NCBI GenBank assembly: GCA_965116535.1
Contig: OZ220703.1
Coordinates: 1,807,353-1,871,352, forward strand
Source of the DNA: Acidimicrobiales bacterium
GTDB lineage: Bacteria; Actinomycetota; Acidimicrobiia; Acidimicrobiales; Bin134
Length of the DNA: 64,000 nt
Reading direction: 5' to 3'
Shown here: positions 58,335 through 64,000 of the stretch, piece after piece
How the letters are laid out: every line of letters starts with the position of its first letter
How positions within the stretch are numbered: position 1 is the first letter of the stretch
Made by a program: the position numbers and the translations under genes
Notes under the pieces: generated by a model
Databases searched by the model: none
What the model saw: the letters and a program-made list of their open reading frames with translations, nothing else
Told to the model about the DNA's origin: nothing

Positions 58335-60206
58335 TCACTCCCGCCCCAAATAGATGTCAAGGATGCGTTCGTCGCGGGACAATTCATCGAAGCTTCCCTG
58401 GGTGAACAGTCTGCCGCGGTGCAACACGGTGACGGGAGCGCTGAGTTGGCGTACAAATTCCATGTCGTGCTCGACCACGATGACCGATGCCCGCTCGCCG
58501 AGCTGTGTAACCAATTCACCGGTTCGTCGGGTTTCTTCCCGAGTCATCCCGGCTGTGGGCTCGTCGAGCAGTACGACACATGGCTTGGTGGCAACCACCA
58601 TTCCGATCTCAAGCCATTGCTGCTGGCCGTGCGAAAGTGTCCCGGCCGGATTCTGGGCGTGATCTCCTAGTTCAAGCCATTCCAGCAATTGCTCGGCGCG
58701 GTCATTGGCCGTTGCCCGGTTGTGGGGCAAGGCGAAGCAGGCCAGCCACAGGTTCTCCCGAACTGATAGCTCCTTGTAAATGGAAGCCACTTGAAGTTTG
58801 ACGCCGATCCCTTTTCGAGCCCGTTGAAATGCCGGCGATTTGGTGAGGTTCTGCTCTTCCAGGAGCACCGAACCGCCGGTCACCGAAAACTGCCCTGACA
58901 GCAGCCCGAAGAGAGTGCTCTTGCCAGCTCCGTTCGGCCCGATAAGGCACGACACGCCGGTTGGGGGGAATTCAAGGGTCACGTCGTCAACTGCGGTGAG
59001 ACCTCCGAATCGCTTTGTGACATTACGCGTGGCAATGGGAGAGCTGGATCGCTCTCCGTTTGCTTCTGTCATCCAGTCGAGCACCGGTGACGCCGCCGGT
59101 TCGGGTCTAATGCGTAGTGCTGCCTCGGGACGGGTAGGGGGTTCGGACCAGCGATTCAGTGCCTGGCTGCCTGCCATCGCCCATGTCTTTGCCACGTTGG
59201 CTATGACCCCTCCGGGTAAGAACAGCACTATGAAGATCAGGATCGCGCCCAGCACGATTGGCTCATTGTTGCCGTCCGCTCCTCCTGCCCACGACGAGAG
59301 TCCCTCGACGATCAGAACGCCGATGAACGCTCCGGCAACGCTGGATCTGCTGCCGACTAGGACCCAGATGACAACTAGGGCCGCGGGGGTGAGCGAGAAG
59401 ACTGGCGGGCTGATGAAACGACCCCACGCCGAGAACAGTGCACCGGCGAATGCGGCGATGCCGCCTCCGATGGTGAACAAGGCCAGCTTGTGAGCTCGGA
59501 CGTTGTAGCCAGAGAGCTCGGTTCGCAACTCGTTGTGCTGCATCGCCACTGCGACTCGCCCAAACGGGCGTCGGGAGAGTATGCGGATACCGACGGCGAT
59601 CAGAAGACCTGCGGCGACGCACACGACGAAGAACTGGACCCTGGTCAGCTCTTGGCTGGCGCCGCCGGGCAACCGCCAAGTGAGCCGGGGGATGCGGGTC
59701 ATGCCGTTGTAGCCCCCGAAGGGTGCGTCTCCGATTCGGTACTCCGATCCTGAGGTGGAGTTCACGAACGCGAACAGGACCAGGCTGGTGGCCAGCGTGA
59801 TGATGGCCACGTACACGTTGGTGACATTGCCGTAGAACATGAAGTATCCCAACAGCGCGGCGAACGCCGCGCCGACGGCAACAGCGGCAACCACGGCCGT
59901 CAGAGTTTCGCCGGTGCTGTCGGCGAAGTTGATGGCCCAAAATCCATACGTATAGCCGCCAATGCCGTAAATGGCGGCTTGCCCGAAGCTGAAAATGCCG
60001 CCGTAGCCCCAAATCAGCACCAGTGAAAGGGCCAAAATCGCCTGAATCGCCCAAAGGGACCATTCGAATGCAGTGAACTCTTCCACCAGGTTCCCCAGGG
60101 TCGCTGCTGTAGCCAGTGCCAGTCCGGCCACAGAAAGATCAGTGCCCAACGAGCCCCGCCCAGACCGGGCACCGGTACCGGCTAGTCTCGCCAGTTGAGC
60201 CATCAT
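58335..60206 (-). CDS. fused urea/amide ABC permease + ATPase (UrtC-UrtD-like)
   Basis: LIWGYGGIFSFGQ permease; then GPNGAGKST, LSHGQQQWLEIGM, DEPTAG, VEHDM. Confidence 0.85.
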   Translation of the reverse strand: MMAQLARLAGTGARSGRGSLGTDLSVAGLALATAATLGNLVEEFTAFEWSLWAIQAILALSLVLIWGYGGIFSFGQAAIYGIGGYTYGFWAINFADSTGETLTAVVAAVAVGAAFAALLGYFMFYGNVTNVYVAIITLATSLVLFAFVNSTSGSEYRIGDAPFGGYNGMTRIPRLTWRLPGGASQELTRVQFFVVCVAAGLLIAVGIRILSRRPFGRVAVAMQHNELRTELSGYNVRAHKLALFTIGGGIAAFAGALFSAWGRFISPPVFSLTPAALVVIWVLVGSRSSVAGAFIGVLIVEGLSSWAGGADGNNEPIVLGAILIFIVLFLPGGVIANVAKTWAMAGSQALNRWSEPPTRPEAALRIRPEPAASPVLDWMTEANGERSSSPIATRNVTKRFGGLTAVDDVTLEFPPTGVSCLIGPNGAGKSTLFGLLSGQFSVTGGSVLLEEQNLTKSPAFQRARKGIGVKLQVASIYKELSVRENLWLACFALPHNRATANDRAEQLLEWLELGDHAQNPAGTLSHGQQQWLEIGMVVATKPCVVLLDEPTAGMTREETRRTGELVTQLGERASVIVVEHDMEFVRQLSAPVTVLHRGRLFTQGSFDELSRDERILDIYLGRE

Positions 60207-61066
60207 CTGGTGTCGCGCCTCCCAGTGAGCCCTTGAGGCATGAACCGCAAGATGACGATGGCGGCGATGAGCAGCATCGCTTGCCCGATGACCGGCGTGA
60301 AGCGGTTGGTGGCCACGTTTTCCACCAAACCCAGCAGCCCGCTGGCCGATACCGTGCCGGCGATGAATGAAGGGCCGCCAACGATGACCGTCATGAACGA
60401 CCGGGCGACGTAGGTGTGGCCCATGGTGGGGATTACACCGACCAGCGGGGCTAGCAGCGCACCGGCTGCTCCGGCGAGGGCGGATCCCAGTCCGAATGTC
60501 CACATGTTGATCAATGAAGTGTTCACTCCCAGTTCCTGGGCCATAGTCGGTGACTGAGTGGCTGCTCGGGCCAGGAGTCCGTACCGCGTTTTGCGCATGA
60601 CCGTGAACGTGCCTGCTGTGAGTGCCGCGGCTGCTCCCATGAGGATCAAGTTGTAGGCAGACATGGAGAATTCGCCGACAGTGAAGCTGCCCACCGGAAC
60701 CCGGATTCCTTCCGTAACCGATCCGTAGTGGTTGTCAACCACCTGGACAAGGATCAGCGACACCCCCCAGGTGGCCAGCATGGTGTCGAAGAGCCGGCCG
60801 TAGAGCCGTCGTATCAGCAGCCGCTCCAGCACGATGCCGAATATGCCAACAGCTACAGCGGCGACCAGCATGGCGAGCCACACGTTCAACCCGCTTCTAA
60901 CCCCAGAGAGCGTGGCGAATGCCCCCAACATGATGAACTCACCGTGGGCCAGGTTGATGATGCCCCTCATTCCAAAGATGACGGCGAGTCCAATTGAGAC
61001 AAGGAGCAGGATAGAGATCCCCGAGAAGAGGTCGAAGCCGAGATTGAAGAGTCGGTCAAGGGCCAT
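60203..61066 (-). CDS. urtB: urea/amide ABC permease (UrtB/LivH-like)
   Basis: GLAVIFG..IINLAHGEFIMLGA, LATWGVSL, FMTVIVGG. Confidence 0.82.
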   Translation of the reverse strand: MALDRLFNLGFDLFSGISILLLVSIGLAVIFGMRGIINLAHGEFIMLGAFATLSGVRSGLNVWLAMLVAAVAVGIFGIVLERLLIRRLYGRLFDTMLATWGVSLILVQVVDNHYGSVTEGIRVPVGSFTVGEFSMSAYNLILMGAAAALTAGTFTVMRKTRYGLLARAATQSPTMAQELGVNTSLINMWTFGLGSALAGAAGALLAPLVGVIPTMGHTYVARSFMTVIVGGPSFIAGTVSASGLLGLVENVATNRFTPVIGQAMLLIAAIVILRFMPQGLTGRRDTR

Positions 61067-61121
61067 TGAATCAGAGTCTCTCAGGGTGCCCGCTGGAATG
61101 CGGAGAGCTGGCTGACAGCCC

Positions 61122-61152
61122 CGCGGGGAGGGTGCTGTGCACCCTCCCCGCG
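61122..61152. terminator. 14-bp perfect hairpin between urtA and urtB (mRNA-stabilising or partial terminator)
   Basis: CGCGGGGAGGGTGC-TGT-GCACCCTCCCCGCG. Confidence 0.65.
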
Positions 61153-61191
61153 AGTGGCATGGTCACTCCCATCCTGGAGGGGAAAGCAGGC

Positions 61192-62583
61192 CTAATTGGG
61201 AGTGAACTGCTCGTTAATGTCTGGGTTGGCAATCAGGTCGCATGAATCCTGCTCGAACGAAGGTGGGATGTTGTCGAAGGTTTCGAAAACGTCGAAACCT
61301 CCCGAGTCATTCGTTCGAGCCAGACTCACCGGTTGGACCAGGTGGTGGGAGCCGCCGTCAAGGGTCACAATGCCCTTGGGGCTGTCAAAGCTGACACCGC
61401 TCTCGAGCTGGGCGATGACCGCGTCGCGATCCAGGGTTCCGGCTGCGTTCACCGCGTCGGCCCACAGGTGCCAGCCTTCCCACACGTAGACGGCCAAGTC
61501 GGTGATATACGGGTAGTCGTCGCCGTATTCGGCCGTCCAAGCGGCAACGAATGCCCGGTTCTGTGGAGTGTCGAGTTCCTCGAAGTAGGGATAGGCCACG
61601 ATGATGTTCTCGGCTGAAACGGGATCGAGAGCTACTTGCTCGTTGCCGAGCCCAAAGGTCGTCGATACCACGGGAATGCTCTCGTTGACGCCCGCGGCGG
61701 CATATTGGCTGTAGAACGACATGTGAGCGCCGCCGACCAGCAAAGACATCACTGCGTCAGGGGCTGCACTTTGGACGGCAGAGATCGTCGTGCCAAATTC
61801 GGCGACATCAAGGGGGAAGAAGTCCTCGCCCACAATCTCACCTCCGTGCTCTGCGGCGTAGTGCCTAACCCAGTCAGCGGAGATCTGGCCGTAGTTGTAG
61901 TCAGCAGCCAGTATGTACAGGCGGGGGCCTATGTTCTCTATCGCCCAGGGGATGAGCACCTGAAGCTGCTGAGTGGGTACGACCCCAGTGACGAAAGTGT
62001 TGCGGTCGCACACGCCGCCTTCGTAGAGGACGTTGTAGAAGTACAACAGCTCGGCCTCACCGAATGTGGGGCGGATCGCCTCGCGGGAGGCGCTGGTTAT
62101 GCCGGCGTGCACCACGGCAAGATCTTCGGCGACCAAACGATCGGCACCGGAGATGTACTCGTTTTGATCCGACTTGGAGTCAAGGGCCACGAGTTCGAGT
62201 TGGCGTCCAAGCACACCGCCTTTGGCGTTGATGTCCGCGATTGCCAGACGAGTGGCATCGACCATGGGAGTGCCGTAGATGTTGAGAGGTCCGGTCTCGT
62301 CGAGCAGGCTGCCCACTCTGATCGGCTCGCTGGTGCTCTCGTCGACGCTTGGAGCTTCCTCTTCCTCGTCGCTGCTGGGCGGTGCCTGAGTCGGCTCGGG
62401 CGCATCGCCGGGATCATCCGCGGTAGGGGCGGGCTGCTCAACCTGACTAGCGCGGTCATCGGCGGACTCGGTCTGGTTGTCGTCATCATTGCCGCAAGCG
62501 GCTGCGACAAGGGCAAGCGCGAAAAGGGCCGCCGCTAACCGCGGCCACCGAGCCCACTTGCGTTGTTCTCTTGGAGTGTTCAT
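61192..62583 (-). CDS. urtA: urea/amide ABC substrate-binding lipoprotein (UrtA/AmiC fold)
   Basis: LALVAAAC lipobox; INAKGGVLGRQ, TSASREAIRP, YEGGVC, ADYNYG. Confidence 0.82.
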   Translation of the reverse strand: MNTPREQRKWARWPRLAAALFALALVAAACGNDDDNQTESADDRASQVEQPAPTADDPGDAPEPTQAPPSSDEEEEAPSVDESTSEPIRVGSLLDETGPLNIYGTPMVDATRLAIADINAKGGVLGRQLELVALDSKSDQNEYISGADRLVAEDLAVVHAGITSASREAIRPTFGEAELLYFYNVLYEGGVCDRNTFVTGVVPTQQLQVLIPWAIENIGPRLYILAADYNYGQISADWVRHYAAEHGGEIVGEDFFPLDVAEFGTTISAVQSAAPDAVMSLLVGGAHMSFYSQYAAAGVNESIPVVSTTFGLGNEQVALDPVSAENIIVAYPYFEELDTPQNRAFVAAWTAEYGDDYPYITDLAVYVWEGWHLWADAVNAAGTLDRDAVIAQLESGVSFDSPKGIVTLDGGSHHLVQPVSLARTNDSGGFDVFETFDNIPPSFEQDSCDLIANPDINEQFTPN

Positions 62584-62845
62584 TGGCAGTGCAATCCCTT
62601 CCTCGAGCCGGGGATTCCGGTATTTGGCCCCCAGGTGGCTATCTCTTCGAGTGTGATTCACTCAAAGGAAGCGCAATGTTGTGCGGTTCGAGTTCATCGC
62701 GGCATCCGCAGCCGCGTCACCCGCGATTGCAGGGTTGGAGCCAACTACCCGCGAATGAAGGTTCGCCAGCTGCTCAATATGAAATCTGGGGGTGAAGCCT
62801 GCAATCTCGCTGGTCTAGGGGTCAAGAGCGGCGAGCGGGTCTGTC

Positions 62846-63478
62846 TCATAGCAATCGCAACTGCCTCGCGGTTGCCAATGCCTCGATCCGATTGCGCGCA
62901 TGCAACTTGGCGAGCAGTGATTGGATGTAGGAGCGGACGGTGTTCTCGGCCAGATGCAGTTCGGCCGCGATCTCCTTGCTGGTTCGGCCGAGGGCCATCA
63001 CACACAGCACCTCGTACTCACGGAGAGTAAGCGATTCGTAGAAGCCTCCGTTCTCGCCCAACGAGACGGCGCGTGAATGGGGGTCTTCCACGAGTGAGGG
63101 GTCGACGAACAGTTCGCCTTTGAGGACTCTCCTCAGCGCATCGACGAGGTTGCTGCCATCCTTGAGCACAACTCCGACTGCGCCAGCATTCAGGCACGCC
63201 CGCAGGGGTTCACGGTCGTCGAATGCAGTGTGGATCACGATACGGGAGCAGCTCGACACTTCTCCCAAAGCCCGGCACAGATGCGGGGCGAAGTTGTCGC
63301 CTAGCTTCAGATCCAAGATGACCACGTCGGGAGTCAAGGACTTTGCCAATGCGACGCCGTCTTCGCCCGTCATTGCTTCGCCGACCAGTGTTAAGTCGGG
63401 CTCGTTCGCCAGGAGCTGCCGCACGCCATCGATGACTACCGGGTGATCGTCGATCACCAGCACCGACGCGACCATCAC
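62846..63478 (-). CDS. NarL/LuxR-family response regulator
   Basis: VIDDHPVV, ILDLKL, LTLREYEVL..G.TSKEIA..L.LAENTV. Confidence 0.92.
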   Translation of the reverse strand: MMVASVLVIDDHPVVIDGVRQLLANEPDLTLVGEAMTGEDGVALAKSLTPDVVILDLKLGDNFAPHLCRALGEVSSCSRIVIHTAFDDREPLRACLNAGAVGVVLKDGSNLVDALRRVLKGELFVDPSLVEDPHSRAVSLGENGGFYESLTLREYEVLCVMALGRTSKEIAAELHLAENTVRSYIQSLLAKLHARNRIEALATARQLRLL

Positions 63479-64000
63479 GCCGCCTCAAGCGGCAGCGAGA
63501 TTCGGACGATGGTTCCCCCGTCTTCACCGGCCGCCACTTCGAGATCACCGCCTTGGCGCTGAGCCTGCCTAAGGATTGATGCCAGTCCCCAGTGTTGATC
63601 ACCGCGTGGGATTACTTGGAGCTCGAAATCATCGGGCAGCCCACGGCCGTCATCTTGGATCACCAAAGAAACCCTGCTTGCCTCAAAGTGAAGCGTCACT
63701 ACCACGAGAGACGCTGACGCGTGGCGCTCGATGTTGAATAGTGCCTGGCGTGCTGCGCCGATCAGTGCCGCTTCGGCTGGCGTGGGCAGAGAGCGGGGAT
63801 TGCCTCGGACCATGAAGTGAATAGTCAGGTCGGATCGAGATTGAAGATCGTCAGTCTCGCGCTGCAAGGCGACTGCGACTGCCTCTGTCTGCGAACGCGG
63901 CGCCATAACCTTGAATGCTTGGCGCATTCTCTTGGTCGCTTCTTGCGCCTGTTCTTCGATCCCCACGGCCACCTGCGCCAGGGTCTCATCGCCGCTTTCT
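63475..64000 (-). CDS. sensor histidine kinase (HisKA_3/HATPase), 5' part outside the window
   Basis: ALFNIERHASAS, IQDDGRG, WGLASI; overlaps the regulator start. Confidence 0.85.
   Translation of the reverse strand, partial: ESGDETLAQVAVGIEEQAQEATKRMRQAFKVMAPRSQTEAVAVALQRETDDLQSRSDLTIHFMVRGNPRSLPTPAEAALIGAARQALFNIERHASASLVVVTLHFEASRVSLVIQDDGRGLPDDFELQVIPRGDQHWGLASILRQAQRQGGDLEVAAGEDGGTIVRISLPLEAA

Overview
High-GC actinobacterial chromosome window. An Acidimicrobiia-like affiliation is inferred from gene content (mreBCD-mrdA-rodA, TIGR03960/TIGR03936 pair, DUF222-HNH, Sulfotransfer_3) and is not proven. There are four blocks. (1) 1-5511 is the right end of an integrated element, closed by a duplicated tRNA 3' end (attR-like). 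It holds a phage-like Zn-finger gene, a secreted repeat/FN3-like protein coupled to a small membrane protein, a dead IS3-family element and a truncated second FN3-like gene. (2) 5574-31072 is core housekeeping: MBOAT, tRNA-Gly, tig-clpP-clpX-folC-ndk-mreBCD-mrdA-rodA, radical SAM pair, rne, rplU-rpmA-obgE-proB, murJ, proA and a MoxR/VWA pair. Two hidden 21-22 aa relay mini-ORFs sit at the mreC/mreD and mreD/mrdA junctions. (3) 31261-40069 is an accessory/defence block: HNH, NUDIX, methyltransferase, rpiB, a DUF4357-like McrB with McrC, a TA pair and an unannotated glycine-zipper peptide. (4) 40112-64000 is a nitrile/amide island. A cobalt-type nitrile hydratase lies in one gene string with an amidase plus GatC-like partner, an adenylating ligase, a sulfotransferase and two VOC enzymes. 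Next to it are an ArsR + SRPBCC-AmiC regulator pair, a sugar-type ABC importer and cbtBA. Four promoters in this block share one 24-bp operator over their -35 boxes. A Urt-type ABC system and a two-component system follow. The most notable candidates are this operator-defined NHase regulon and the junction mini-ORFs. All annotation is by eye from motifs; no database searches were run.
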